The notes under the pieces were generated by a model. That model worked only from the letters and a program-made list of their open reading frames with translations. It had not been told where the DNA came from and did no database searches. A DNA stretch of 63,099 nucleotides from Clostridia bacterium (GTDB taxonomy: Bacteria > Bacillota > Clostridia > Oscillospirales > CAG-382): assembly GCA_017381715.1 (NCBI GenBank), contig JAFOBR010000010.1:1-63099 (forward strand). The letters are read 5' to 3'. Position numbers and translations under genes: made by a program. Shown one piece after another: positions 37,797 to 47,256 of this stretch. Position 1 is the stretch's first letter. Each line of letters opens with the position of its first letter.

Positions 37797-40004
37797 ATGT
37801 CTGTTAATTTTGAAAGCTTTATAGAAAAATTAAAGCAAAGCGGCGGCTACGATATAGCCAAAATAACAAAAGCGTATGAATTTGCTTTCAGGATGCATGA
37901 AGGACAAACCCGCATTTCGGGTGAACCCTATATCATACACCCTCTTTCCGTTGCGGATATCGTTGCAGATCTTCAGTTGGATACGGATTCAATATGCGCC
38001 GCTTTTCTTCACGATACGGTGGAGGATTGCGGGGAAAAGGTAACTTTAAACGTTATAAAAAAAGAGTTTGGAAGCGACGTTGCAGATCTTGTTGACGGTG
38101 TTACAAAGCTTGTTCACATCCGCTTTGAAACCAAGCAGGACGAAAGTATAGAAAACCTGCGTAAGATGTTTCTTGCAATGAGCAAGGACCTCCGCGTTAT
38201 ATTTATCAAGCTTGCAGACAGACTTCATAATATGCGCACCCTCGACGTACGCCGTGAGGAAAAACAGCGCTCCGTTGCGTTGGAGACAATGCACGTTTAC
38301 GCTCCTTTGGCTCACCGCTTGGGTATTCAGAAGATAAAGCAGGAGCTTGAAATGCTGGCGCTCAAATATCTGGATCCTATCGGCTTCAGAGAAGTAGAGA
38401 TCGACGTTGAAAAACGCTACGGTGAAAACAAAGGATTTTTGGATCATTATAAATCTCTTGTAGGCGAAAAGCTTGACGAAAACCATATCAAATACCGTCT
38501 TGAGGGACGTATCAAGTCCATTTATTCCATATACAAAAAAATGTATTCCGGTAGTAAAAACTTTGAGGAAATCTACGATTTTTACGCTATCCGTATTATC
38601 GTGGATACCGAACTGGATTGTTATACCGCCCTTGGTATAATTCACGAAGCCTTTAACTTCATTCCCGGTAGATTCAAAGACTACATTTCCACTCCCAAGC
38701 CCAACCTTTACCGTTCTCTTCATACCACGGTTATAGGTAAAGAGGGAATTCCCGTTGAGGTGCAGATACGCACCTGGGATATGCATCGTGAAGCGGAATA
38801 CGGTCTTGCCGCTCACTGGAAGTATAAATCCGGCGAGCAGGCTCAAAAGATAGTTGATCAGAAGCTTCAGTGGATCCGCACTCTGTTGGAAACAGAAAAG
38901 GATACGGATGATCCCGATGAATTCTACCGTCCCCTTAAGATTGATCTTTTTGAAGATGAAATATTCGTATTCACTCCCAAAGGCGACGTTATAAACCTTC
39001 CCACAAATGCAACTCCCATAGATTTTGCATACGCCATCCACTCTGCTGTCGGTAATAAAATGGTAGGTGCCCGTGTAAACGGCAGTATCGTTCCCATAGA
39101 TTCAATACTGGAAAACGGACAGATAGTGGAGGTCATTACTTCCTCCGCATCCAAGGGACCCAGCAGAGATTGGCTTAAAATCGTGCGCTCCGGCGAAGCA
39201 CGAAATAAAATACGCCAGTATTTCAAAAAAGAAATGCGGGCAGAAAACATTATTGTCGGCAAGACAGAGGTAGACCGTGAGCTGAAGCGTTACGGCAGAA
39301 GTTATTCCGAAGCTCAAAAGAACGAGATAGTTGCAAACGTTGCCGCCCGTATCAGCTTGCCGGACCCCGAGGATTTGTACAACAATATCGGTTACGGCGG
39401 TCTTTCCATAAGCAAGATTGCCGCAAAGCTTAAAGATGAATTTACCCGTGTGGTTTGTCCTCCCGAACCGGAGGAGGAAGCTTCCGCTCCCGAAAAGCCC
39501 GCTGCTCCCAGAGGAAGAATTACCAATTCTCAGTCTGTAATCATAGACAGCGTTTCCGGATGTGAGGTTAAGTTTGCTAAATGCTGCAACCCTCTGCCCG
39601 GTGACAGTATTATCGGCTTTATAACCAAGGGCTACGGCGTTTCTATCCACAAATATGATTGTCCCAACGCACAGGCAGGCTTACAAAAGCCCGAGGATAA
39701 GGACAGATGGGTAGTAGCATCCTGGTCTACTCAGGTTGAAAAGAGGGAAGTAGGCAAGTTTGATGCGGTTTTGAACGTGTACGCAGAGTATTCTTCCGCA
39801 TTGTTTGCAGACGTTTCCGTTCAGCTTAAGAATATGTCCGTTGACGTTGTATCTATGTCTGCAAGAGAAAATATAGGCAACTGCTTGCTTACTGTTGTTA
39901 TTAAGTGTAGCAGTATCGACCATTTGCACAGTATAATGGCGCAGTTGCGTAAGGTTCCCAACGTACGTGACGTTACCCGTGGCAGCGAAGGAAGAGGAGT
40001 ATAA
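37797..40004 (+). CDS. relA: Bifunctional (p)ppGpp synthetase/hydrolase
   Basis: HDTVED hydrolase motif, ADRLHNMRT, YRSLHT, EVQIRT, TGS and ACT domains. Confidence 0.97.
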   Translation: MSVNFESFIEKLKQSGGYDIAKITKAYEFAFRMHEGQTRISGEPYIIHPLSVADIVADLQLDTDSICAAFLHDTVEDCGEKVTLNVIKKEFGSDVADLVDGVTKLVHIRFETKQDESIENLRKMFLAMSKDLRVIFIKLADRLHNMRTLDVRREEKQRSVALETMHVYAPLAHRLGIQKIKQELEMLALKYLDPIGFREVEIDVEKRYGENKGFLDHYKSLVGEKLDENHIKYRLEGRIKSIYSIYKKMYSGSKNFEEIYDFYAIRIIVDTELDCYTALGIIHEAFNFIPGRFKDYISTPKPNLYRSLHTTVIGKEGIPVEVQIRTWDMHREAEYGLAAHWKYKSGEQAQKIVDQKLQWIRTLLETEKDTDDPDEFYRPLKIDLFEDEIFVFTPKGDVINLPTNATPIDFAYAIHSAVGNKMVGARVNGSIVPIDSILENGQIVEVITSSASKGPSRDWLKIVRSGEARNKIRQYFKKEMRAENIIVGKTEVDRELKRYGRSYSEAQKNEIVANVAARISLPDPEDLYNNIGYGGLSISKIAAKLKDEFTRVVCPPEPEEEASAPEKPAAPRGRITNSQSVIIDSVSGCEVKFAKCCNPLPGDSIIGFITKGYGVSIHKYDCPNAQAGLQKPEDKDRWVVASWSTQVEKREVGKFDAVLNVYAEYSSALFADVSVQLKNMSVDVVSMSARENIGNCLLTVVIKCSSIDHLHSIMAQLRKVPNVRDVTRGSEGRGV

Positions 40005-40448
40005 ATGAAGATAGTAATTCAGCGCGTGCTTTCCGCTTCCTGCACCGTAGAAGGGGAGAGTGTTTCCCATATAGGTTTGGGACTTTTGGTTTTCTGCGGC
40101 GTTACCGCAACAGATACCGAAGAAGATATAAAAAAAGCTGCAAAGAAGATTTCGGGAATGCGTATTTTCCGTAACGATGCAGGCAAAATGTCGCTATCTG
40201 TAGGCGACGTTGGCGGTTCTGTAATGCTTATTTCCAATTTCACTCTTTGCGCAGATTGCTCTCACGGCAGACGACCCGAATTCCTTTCTGCGGCTCCTGC
40301 TGCTAAGGCAGAAGAATATTATAAAAAATTAGCCGATATGATCGGGGAAAATCTTCCCGTTGTACGCGGCGTTTTTGGAGGAGATATGCGTATCAGTGCG
40401 GAAAACTTCGGTCCCGTTACTGTATACCTTGATACCGCTTCTTTATGA
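40005..40448 (+). CDS. dtd: D-aminoacyl-tRNA deacylase
   Basis: VIQRV, SNFTL, GRRP, GPVT. Confidence 0.93.
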   Translation: MKIVIQRVLSASCTVEGESVSHIGLGLLVFCGVTATDTEEDIKKAAKKISGMRIFRNDAGKMSLSVGDVGGSVMLISNFTLCADCSHGRRPEFLSAAPAAKAEEYYKKLADMIGENLPVVRGVFGGDMRISAENFGPVTVYLDTASL

Positions 40449-41932
40449 AACTTACAATAAATAACACTACGGGTCTGTTAAACGATTATTATTTTCAGAC
40501 CCTTTCTCTCCTTTATTTTCCCGGTGAAAAATTCCCTACGGGTGTTGATCTCAGCCCCAACAGTGCGGAATATTTTTTGGAAAAACGCGGAAACGGATAT
40601 TACGGCAAAGCCGTATTACATGCAGGTTCCCGCTATGAGCAAGGGGAATTTTCTACTGACGGATACGAATTTTCCGTTCCGGTTCACGATGAACTGAACG
40701 CGCAGTGCGCCATTGGCAAAGCCTTTCTTATTGCCGGTGAAAAGCTGTTCGGTTTTTCTTTGCCTTGGGGTTATATTACGGGATTACGTCCCGTAAAAAG
40801 GGCAAGATTTTATCTTGATAAAGGATATGACGATGAAACCGTTACCCGTCTTTTTGTAACCGACCACAATATTTCCAAGGAAAAGACAGAGCTTTCCATA
40901 CGTACAGCACACAATGAGATACGTATGCTGAAGGACGTAGGCGAAAAGACTGCGGGATTGTATATTTCCATCCCGTTTTGTCCTACAAGGTGTCAATACT
41001 GCTCCTTTGTTTCTTATTCAACGCCACGCCTTTTGAAGATGCTTCCCGATTACGTTGAGCTTTTGATAAAGGATATAAAAGCAACCGCTTGCGTAATGAA
41101 GGAACTGGGAATCAAGCTTTCCGCCATATATGTGGGAGGCGGCACGCCTTCTATTCTTTCTCCCGAGCAGACACGTAAAGTTTTGGGTACGGTTACCGAA
41201 AACTTTGATCTTTCGGCGTTGCGCGAATTCACCTTTGAAGCGGGCAGACCGGATACGATTACCAAAGATAAACTTATTTCTGCAAAAGAGAGCGGAGTTA
41301 CCCGTGTCAGCATCAACCCTCAGAGCCTTAATGAAAACGTATTGCGCGCTATCGGCAGACAGCACACCACACAGCAGTTTTTTGAAGCGTACGATATTGC
41401 CCGCAATATCGGATTTGACAGTATAAACGCAGATCTTATTGCAGGACTTCCCGAAGACACCTTCGAAACCTTCTGCTCTAGCTTTGAAAAAGTGCTTTCA
41501 ATGGGATTTGAGAATATAACCTTACATACCTTAAGCATTAAAAATGCCGCCGCTTTGCGTTTTTCAAAGGAAAACGTATACGATCCTTCGGGCAGGCTTG
41601 CGGTTTCTTGCGTGCAATACGTGTATGACCGTATGCTCCAGAGCGGTATGGAGCCTTATTATCTTTACAGACAAAAGAATACTGTCGGTAATGCGGAAAA
41701 TACTGGTTATTCCGTTCCCGGCAAGGAAAATCTGTATAATATTCTTATGATGGAGGAGCATTCCAGCGTGTTCGCTTGCGGCGCAGGTGCTATCACCAAG
41801 CTTGTTTCTCCCGATGAAGAGATAATCGACCGTATCGCCCACCAGAAATATCCTTATGAGTATCTTGATACTCCCAAAGGAATTGGTGAAGATAGGATCA
41901 AAAAGTTTTACAAGCAGTATTTTGGCTGCTGA
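40445..41932 (+). CDS. hemZ: HemZ-like radical SAM protein
   Basis: WG.ITGLRP, IPFCPTRCQYC, EAGRPD, PYYLYRQK. Confidence 0.92.
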   Translation: MKLTINNTTGLLNDYYFQTLSLLYFPGEKFPTGVDLSPNSAEYFLEKRGNGYYGKAVLHAGSRYEQGEFSTDGYEFSVPVHDELNAQCAIGKAFLIAGEKLFGFSLPWGYITGLRPVKRARFYLDKGYDDETVTRLFVTDHNISKEKTELSIRTAHNEIRMLKDVGEKTAGLYISIPFCPTRCQYCSFVSYSTPRLLKMLPDYVELLIKDIKATACVMKELGIKLSAIYVGGGTPSILSPEQTRKVLGTVTENFDLSALREFTFEAGRPDTITKDKLISAKESGVTRVSINPQSLNENVLRAIGRQHTTQQFFEAYDIARNIGFDSINADLIAGLPEDTFETFCSSFEKVLSMGFENITLHTLSIKNAAALRFSKENVYDPSGRLAVSCVQYVYDRMLQSGMEPYYLYRQKNTVGNAENTGYSVPGKENLYNILMMEEHSSVFACGAGAITKLVSPDEEIIDRIAHQKYPYEYLDTPKGIGEDRIKKFYKQYFGC

Positions 41933-41957
41933 AACGATTTATTATTGAAGGTACATT

Positions 41958-43637
41958 ATGAGTAATATAGATAAGTCTTCAAAAAGCTTTGTTGCGGAAG
42001 CCGCTATAATATCTGTTTCTAATTTTGCCGTCAAGCTTGTAGGCGTGCTGTTTAAAATTCCTCTTGCCAATCAGCTTGGGGAGTTTATGGGCGTGTTTAA
42101 TGCGGCGTATTCAATATATGCAATGCTGTTTATGATTTCCACTTCGGGTCTTCCTGTTGCTGTGTCTCGTTTGGTGGCAATAGCAAAAGAAAAGGGAAGA
42201 CGTGCAGAGGCTTCACAGATCTTCCGTACATGCGCTCTTACCTTTGGAGCTATCGGATTTATATGCTCGTTGATAATGTTTATTGGCGCAGACTATATTT
42301 GTGAAATAACTGCCCATCCCGGCGCAGAGCTTCCTATGCGTGTTATCTCTCCCACGCTGTTTATAATCTGCATAACCGCTTCCATACGCGGATATTTTCA
42401 GGGACTCAGAAAAATGGTTCCCACTGCAGTTTCCAATTTTATCGAAGCCGTGCTTAAGCTTATTCTTGGCTTGGGCGGTGCTGCGTTTGCCGCTTCCCAA
42501 GGATGGAGTGGTCCTGTGCAGGCGGCGTTTGCGGTTTCCGGCATCTCTATCGGCGTTATAGTAGGTACGGTTTATCTTGCCATAACCTTTTACCTTAGTC
42601 GAAATTTCAACATTCCGGATACAGATCGTACCGTTTCCCCTCGCTCCGCTATTGCGAAAAACGCACTCCGAGTTGCCGTTCCCGTAACTCTTGCAGGCTC
42701 TGCTTTGTATTTTTCCACGTTTTTTGATACCGTGGTTATAAATAACCGTCTTATCTTTTCCGGATTTTCGGAAGAAATGGCGGACAGGCTGTATACTGCA
42801 TATACTACCCTTGCCATATCTATTTCAGATCTGGTTCCCTCAACTTTGGTGTATCCCATTGCTCTCAGCATACTTCCCGCAATGTCTGCGGCTTTGGCAG
42901 GAGAGCGTCAGAGAGAAGTAAGAGGCTATATCCATTCTTCTATCCGCATTTCCGGTATTATTGCTATTCCCAGTGCGTTTGGTCTGGCAGTGCTTGCCCG
43001 TCCCGTAATACAGATGATATATTTCGGTTCTCTTTCAAAAGAGATAACTTTGCTTGACGGAAGCACCGTAATGCCTATAGACGTGGGCGCCGCTTCTCTC
43101 GCCATTCTTTCGGCGGGCATCGTCTTTCTTTCCCTGATGTCCACTACCAACGCATTGCTTCATTCATACGGTAAAAATTTCCTTCCGGTTATCTCTATAA
43201 CCGTGGGAATTGTACTTTTAATAATTTCGGAAACACTGCTTATCGGAATTCCTTCTATCGGAATATACGGCGCTCCCATAGCATCGCTTGTTTGCTATTC
43301 CGCTGCCACCGTTTTAAACATGAGGGCGGTACGCAAGGTTTCGGGAATGCGTCTTAATCCTATCAAGCTTTTCGGCAAGCCGGTTATCTGTTCTGTTTTG
43401 TGTGCTGTTGCGGCTTTCGGCGGATACTCGCTTTCCAAGCTGTTTGTAAGCGAAGCCACCCGTATGGGCAATGTTGTTATGTTTATTTTCGGTGTAGTTC
43501 CCGGTGTAGCGGTTTACGTTATAACCATGCTTGCCTTTAAGGGAATTTCCGCAACGGAAGTAAGACTTTTGCCTTTTGGCCACAGACTTGCCGCAGTTTT
43601 GATCAGATTGGGATTATTGAAAGAGAGTAAAGCATGA
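41958..43637 (+). CDS. MOP-superfamily flippase (YabM/SpoVB/MurJ-like)
   Basis: About 14 TMs, GLPVAVSR, RGYFQG; positioned before mazG as in the yabMNOPQ cluster. Confidence 0.85.
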   Translation: MSNIDKSSKSFVAEAAIISVSNFAVKLVGVLFKIPLANQLGEFMGVFNAAYSIYAMLFMISTSGLPVAVSRLVAIAKEKGRRAEASQIFRTCALTFGAIGFICSLIMFIGADYICEITAHPGAELPMRVISPTLFIICITASIRGYFQGLRKMVPTAVSNFIEAVLKLILGLGGAAFAASQGWSGPVQAAFAVSGISIGVIVGTVYLAITFYLSRNFNIPDTDRTVSPRSAIAKNALRVAVPVTLAGSALYFSTFFDTVVINNRLIFSGFSEEMADRLYTAYTTLAISISDLVPSTLVYPIALSILPAMSAALAGERQREVRGYIHSSIRISGIIAIPSAFGLAVLARPVIQMIYFGSLSKEITLLDGSTVMPIDVGAASLAILSAGIVFLSLMSTTNALLHSYGKNFLPVISITVGIVLLIISETLLIGIPSIGIYGAPIASLVCYSAATVLNMRAVRKVSGMRLNPIKLFGKPVICSVLCAVAAFGGYSLSKLFVSEATRMGNVVMFIFGVVPGVAVYVITMLAFKGISATEVRLLPFGHRLAAVLIRLGLLKESKA

Positions 43638-44443
43638 ACGAAAATGCAAAAAAATATGTAAATAAAGAATGTTATACCGTAGAGGATCTTTATGATATTG
43701 TGAGAATTCTCCGTGGTAAGGATGGATGTCCTTGGGACAGAGAGCAAACCCATAAAAGCATCCGCAGAGATCTTATCGAAGAATGCTATGAGGTTATCGA
43801 AGGTATAGATAACGACGATCCTACTCTTATGTGCGAGGAATTGGGAGACCTTCTTTTGCAAGTGGTTTTCCATGCACAGATTGGTGCAGAAGACGGTCAG
43901 TTTGATATGAGCGACGTGGCAGACGGAATTTGCCGTAAGTTAGTTTTGCGTCATCCCCACGTGTTTGCGGATGTTGATGCCGATACCTCAGAAAAGGTGC
44001 TCGAAAACTGGGATAAAATTAAAAAAGAGGAAAAACAGCGTCTTTCATTATCAGACGAAATGTATGCTATCCCGCCGTCACTTCCTGCGCTTATGAGGGC
44101 GAATAAGGTAGGTAAAAAATCCGGAAAAGCAAATTTTGATTTTCCTACGGATAAAGAGGCTTTTGATAAAGTAACTGAAGAACTTTCAGAGCTTTACGAA
44201 GCTCATTTGCAGGGAGACAAAGAACATATCGCAGATGAAATGGGAGATTTGCTGTTTTCCGTTGTCAACGTTTCAAGAAAGGTAGGCGTAGAACCCGAAG
44301 AAGCTTTGACAAGAGCTACAGAGAAGTTTATGAAGAGATTCAAGAAACTTGAAGACGAAGCTGCAAGGTCCGGCAAAAAACTTGCTGATATGTCTCCGGA
44401 AGAAGCTGATCTTCTGTGGGAGCGCATAAAAAACCACGATTAA
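43634..44443 (+). CDS. mazG: Nucleoside triphosphate pyrophosphohydrolase MazG
   Basis: GCPWDREQTH, EELGDLLLQV, RHPHVF, EMGDLLF. Confidence 0.93.
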   Translation: MNENAKKYVNKECYTVEDLYDIVRILRGKDGCPWDREQTHKSIRRDLIEECYEVIEGIDNDDPTLMCEELGDLLLQVVFHAQIGAEDGQFDMSDVADGICRKLVLRHPHVFADVDADTSEKVLENWDKIKKEEKQRLSLSDEMYAIPPSLPALMRANKVGKKSGKANFDFPTDKEAFDKVTEELSELYEAHLQGDKEHIADEMGDLLFSVVNVSRKVGVEPEEALTRATEKFMKRFKKLEDEAARSGKKLADMSPEEADLLWERIKNHD

Positions 44444-44478
44444 AAGAACTTTTTTTCGAAAAAAGTCTAAAATAATAC

Positions 44479-44507
44479 TTGAAAAATATAAAAATTAATG
44501 ATATACT
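44479..44507 (+). promoter_or_regulatory. sigA promoter of hup
   Basis: TTGAAA-N17-TATACT with extended TG. Confidence 0.65.
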
Positions 44508-44549
44508 GTCACAAGCGAAAGCAAGGACAATATGAAAGGAGTTCATTTT

Positions 44550-44825
44550 ATGAACAAGATTACACTGGCAGATGTTGCAGCTAATGCAGCAGGTATCAAA
44601 AAGAAGGACGCTGAAGTAGCAGTTAATGCAATCTTCGCAGCTATGGCTAATGAATTGGCAGCAGGCGGCAAGGTTCAGATCGCTGGCTTCGGTAACTTCA
44701 AGATGAAGGAAAGAGTAGAGCGCGTAGGCAGAAACCCCAAGTCTCACGAGCCTATCGTTATCCCTTCTGCTAAGGTAGTTAACTTCACCGCAGGTAAGCA
44801 GCTTAAAGAGCTTCTCAACAAGTAA
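44550..44825 (+). CDS. hup: DNA-binding protein HU
   Basis: GFGNF..R.GRNPK..F.AGK.LK; AAAGGAG SD. Confidence 0.95.
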   Translation: MNKITLADVAANAAGIKKKDAEVAVNAIFAAMANELAAGGKVQIAGFGNFKMKERVERVGRNPKSHEPIVIPSAKVVNFTAGKQLKELLNK

Positions 44826-44851
44826 TCGGTGTTTATGAGGTAAGAGGTCTT

Positions 44852-45094
44852 ATGCGGTTAGATAAGTTTTTAAAGGTTTCTCGTATAATAAAGCGCAGGA
44901 CGGTCGCCAACGAAGCGTGCGACAGCAGCTATGTAGCTGTTAACGGTCTCCCCGCTAAGGCCTCCTACAATGTTAAGATAGGGGATGTTATTACCGTTTC
45001 ATTCGGTAACAGAACGACTTCCTTCCGCGTCCTCAGTCTTAACGAGCATACCACAAAAGCGGAAGCGAGCTCAATGTACGAAATAACGGAATGA
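44852..45094 (+). CDS. yabO: S4-domain RNA-binding protein (YabO/RqcP)
   Basis: MRLDKFLKVSRIIKRRTVA. Confidence 0.93.
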   Translation: MRLDKFLKVSRIIKRRTVANEACDSSYVAVNGLPAKASYNVKIGDVITVSFGNRTTSFRVLSLNEHTTKAEASSMYEITE

Positions 45095-45117
45095 TATTCC
45101 TTTTTGCTTCATATATA
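45089..45117 (+). promoter_or_regulatory. Putative sigE promoter for yabPQ
   Basis: GAATG-N16-CATATAT; yabPQ is sigE-dependent in B. subtilis. Confidence 0.45.
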
Positions 45118-45139
45118 GTAATATGGAGCGTGAGAGAAT

Positions 45140-45400
45140 TTGAACGAAAAAAAACATTCCGTTACTTCCACCGGACGTGATATAACTTTAGTCACCGCGG
45201 TGTACGATATTATCAGTTTTGATGATACGCAGGTCAGCCTTTCCCTGGGGGAGGATACAATACTTTCCGTAAGCGGCACGGGGCTGACACTTCGCCGCCT
45301 TTCTCTTGAAACGGGAGAGGTGGATATTTCCGGCAGGATAGACGCCATCGTTTATCTTGATAGCGGCGCAAAACAGAAAAAGCGCCGTCTTTTCGGCTGA
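45140..45400 (+). CDS. yabP: Sporulation protein YabP
   Basis: V.DIISFDD..L.V.G..L....L.LE.G.V.I.G.I..I.Y pattern; synteny. Confidence 0.8.
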   Translation: MNEKKHSVTSTGRDITLVTAVYDIISFDDTQVSLSLGEDTILSVSGTGLTLRRLSLETGEVDISGRIDAIVYLDSGAKQKKRRLFG

Positions 45401-45840
45401 TGGAGGTGGATTACCGAGGACAGCTTCTTTTGGCGCTGTACTCGTTTCCCACAGGCCTGCTTCTTGGTGCGGTATACGATATATTAAGATTATTTCGTTT
45501 ACCCTTCGGGAAAATCGGCGTTTTTATAACCGATATTCTGCAAACATTCCTGTGCTTTATATCGGTTCAGATTTTGCTTTACAATTGCTGGAACGGAAAA
45601 ATACGTGTTTATCCGTTTTTCATTTGTTTTATAGGCTTTGTTTTGTACAGAGCAACACTTGGCAGATTATTTACTGCTGTATTTATAAAATTAAGTTCGT
45701 ATATAAAACCTCGTGTTCTTTACAGAATAGCGATGGTTAGAGGATATATTTATAAAAAGCGCCTGCTTCGTAAAGCGGCGCACGGATTCGGGATAAAACT
45801 CCCGCGGAGGAAAAGAAGTGGCAAAAAGAACAAGACCTAA
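45400..45840 (+). CDS. yabQ: Spore cortex protein YabQ
   Basis: G..LGAVYDILRLFR, DIL, NGKIR.Y; synteny. Confidence 0.82.
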   Translation: MEVDYRGQLLLALYSFPTGLLLGAVYDILRLFRLPFGKIGVFITDILQTFLCFISVQILLYNCWNGKIRVYPFFICFIGFVLYRATLGRLFTAVFIKLSSYIKPRVLYRIAMVRGYIYKKRLLRKAAHGFGIKLPRRKRSGKKNKT

Positions 45841-46099
45841 TATGGTAATGAAGCTTGCCTTCATTTGCGTTCTGGGCTTTCTTGTTATCTCTGTTATTCA
45901 GCTTCAGGTGGAGCTTAAAGAGCTTCGCAACCTTAAAGCAGAACAGCAGGCGCAGGTACAGATGCTTGAGGACGATATAGCAGAGCTTACTATCAGACTC
46001 AATACTCCTATATCCGATGAATATATAGAGCGTGTAGCCCGTGCACACGGCTACCGTATGCCAAACGAAATTATTTTTTATAACGATATTGCGGATTAG
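45818..46099 (+). CDS. divIC: Septum formation initiator (DivIC/FtsB)
   Basis: TM + coiled coil + EYIERVAR..GY..PNE. Confidence 0.88.
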   Translation: MAKRTRPNMVMKLAFICVLGFLVISVIQLQVELKELRNLKAEQQAQVQMLEDDIAELTIRLNTPISDEYIERVARAHGYRMPNEIIFYNDIAD

Positions 46100-46112
46100 A
46101 GGTTGATGCTCG

Positions 46113-46511
46113 GTGGTACTTGAAGAAATTGTGAAAGGCAAAGTTACGGGAATTACCAAATTCGGCGCTTTTGTTTCAATCGAAGGCGGCAAAAACGGTA
46201 TGGTACACATTTCCGAAAGAGCAGAAGGTTTTGTTAAGGATATAAATGACCATTTACATATCGGTGACGAAGTAGAGGCAATGGTCGTAAGTATTGATGA
46301 AAACGGCAGGATCGGTCTGTCTATCAAAAAGTGTCTGGCTTTAAAAGCACGCACCGCACCTCCGCCCATGTTTGACGAAGGTATGCCCGCACCGGATACT
46401 GATTTTGAGAATATGATGAAACGGTTCAAGGCGGTCAGCAACGATAAGCAGGCAGATATCAAGCGCGGATTCGAATCCAAGCGCGGTACCGGAAAAAGAG
46501 GAAGAAAATAA
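46113..46511 (+). CDS. S1 RNA-binding protein (YabR-like)
   Basis: GKVTGITKFGAFV..GMVHISE..IGLSIK. Confidence 0.88.
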   Translation: MVLEEIVKGKVTGITKFGAFVSIEGGKNGMVHISERAEGFVKDINDHLHIGDEVEAMVVSIDENGRIGLSIKKCLALKARTAPPPMFDEGMPAPDTDFENMMKRFKAVSNDKQADIKRGFESKRGTGKRGRK

Positions 46512-46515
46512 TTTA

Positions 46516-46545
46516 AATCCCGCTTTGGCGGGATTTTTTGTTTTT
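46516..46545 (+). terminator. Intrinsic terminator
   Basis: AAATCCCGC-TTTG-GCGGGATTTTTTG. Confidence 0.85.
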
Positions 46546-46604
46546 GATAACAACTTGATAACATCTGTGCGTTATTATAAAAGAGTAAAAGGGAGTGTAT
46601 TACT

Positions 46605-47252
46605 ATGGCAAATATACTTATTGCAGAAGACGAAATGAGTATAAGCAACTTAATAAAAATGAATCTCGCTTTGGTGGGTCACACCTGCGCGCAAGCTTTC
46701 GATGGGAATTCTGCCTTGAATATGGCAAATTCTTTTCATTTTGATCTTATTATACTGGACGTAATGCTTCCCGGCATATCCGGATTTGATCTTATACCTC
46801 ATCTTAACAACGTCCCCGTTATCTTTGTAACCGCAAAGTGTGGTTTGGAAGACCGAATCAGAGGGTTGCGGTTAGGAGCAGATGATTATATTACAAAGCC
46901 TTTTGAAACACTCGAGCTTGTTACAAGGGTTGATGTAGTGCTCAGAAGAACAAAGGCGGTTTCTCATTCCTTTGAATTTGATGATATAAAAATAGATTTT
47001 GATTGTAAAAAGGTATTTAAGCAGGGGACAGAAGTGAATTTAAGGCCAAAGGAATTCGACCTTCTATGTGCACTTGTAAAGAACCGAAATCTTGCTCTTT
47101 CAAGAGAAAAGCTACTTGAAATCGTTTGGGATTACGATTACGAGGGCGATACCCGAACCGTTGATGTACATATTCAGAAGCTTCGGAAAAAGCTGGATAT
47201 AGAAGAAAGGCTTAAGACCGTATATAAGACCGGCTACAGATTGGAGGTATGA
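46605..47252 (+). CDS. OmpR/PhoB family response regulator
   Basis: AEDE, LDVMLP, GADDYITKPF, RTVDVHIQKLRKK. Confidence 0.95.
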   Translation: MANILIAEDEMSISNLIKMNLALVGHTCAQAFDGNSALNMANSFHFDLIILDVMLPGISGFDLIPHLNNVPVIFVTAKCGLEDRIRGLRLGADDYITKPFETLELVTRVDVVLRRTKAVSHSFEFDDIKIDFDCKKVFKQGTEVNLRPKEFDLLCALVKNRNLALSREKLLEIVWDYDYEGDTRTVDVHIQKLRKKLDIEERLKTVYKTGYRLEV

Positions 47253-47256
47253 TATA

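Noticed and set aside
35855-39041. Long antisense ORFs (366 and 331 aa)
   Set aside because: Shadows of recJ and rel arising from codon bias
43634-44443. mazG as partner of mazF (mazEFG-type module)
   Set aside because: It lies 27 kb away in its standard yabM-yabN-hup-yabO context; it is a housekeeping YabN-type gene lacking the methylase domain
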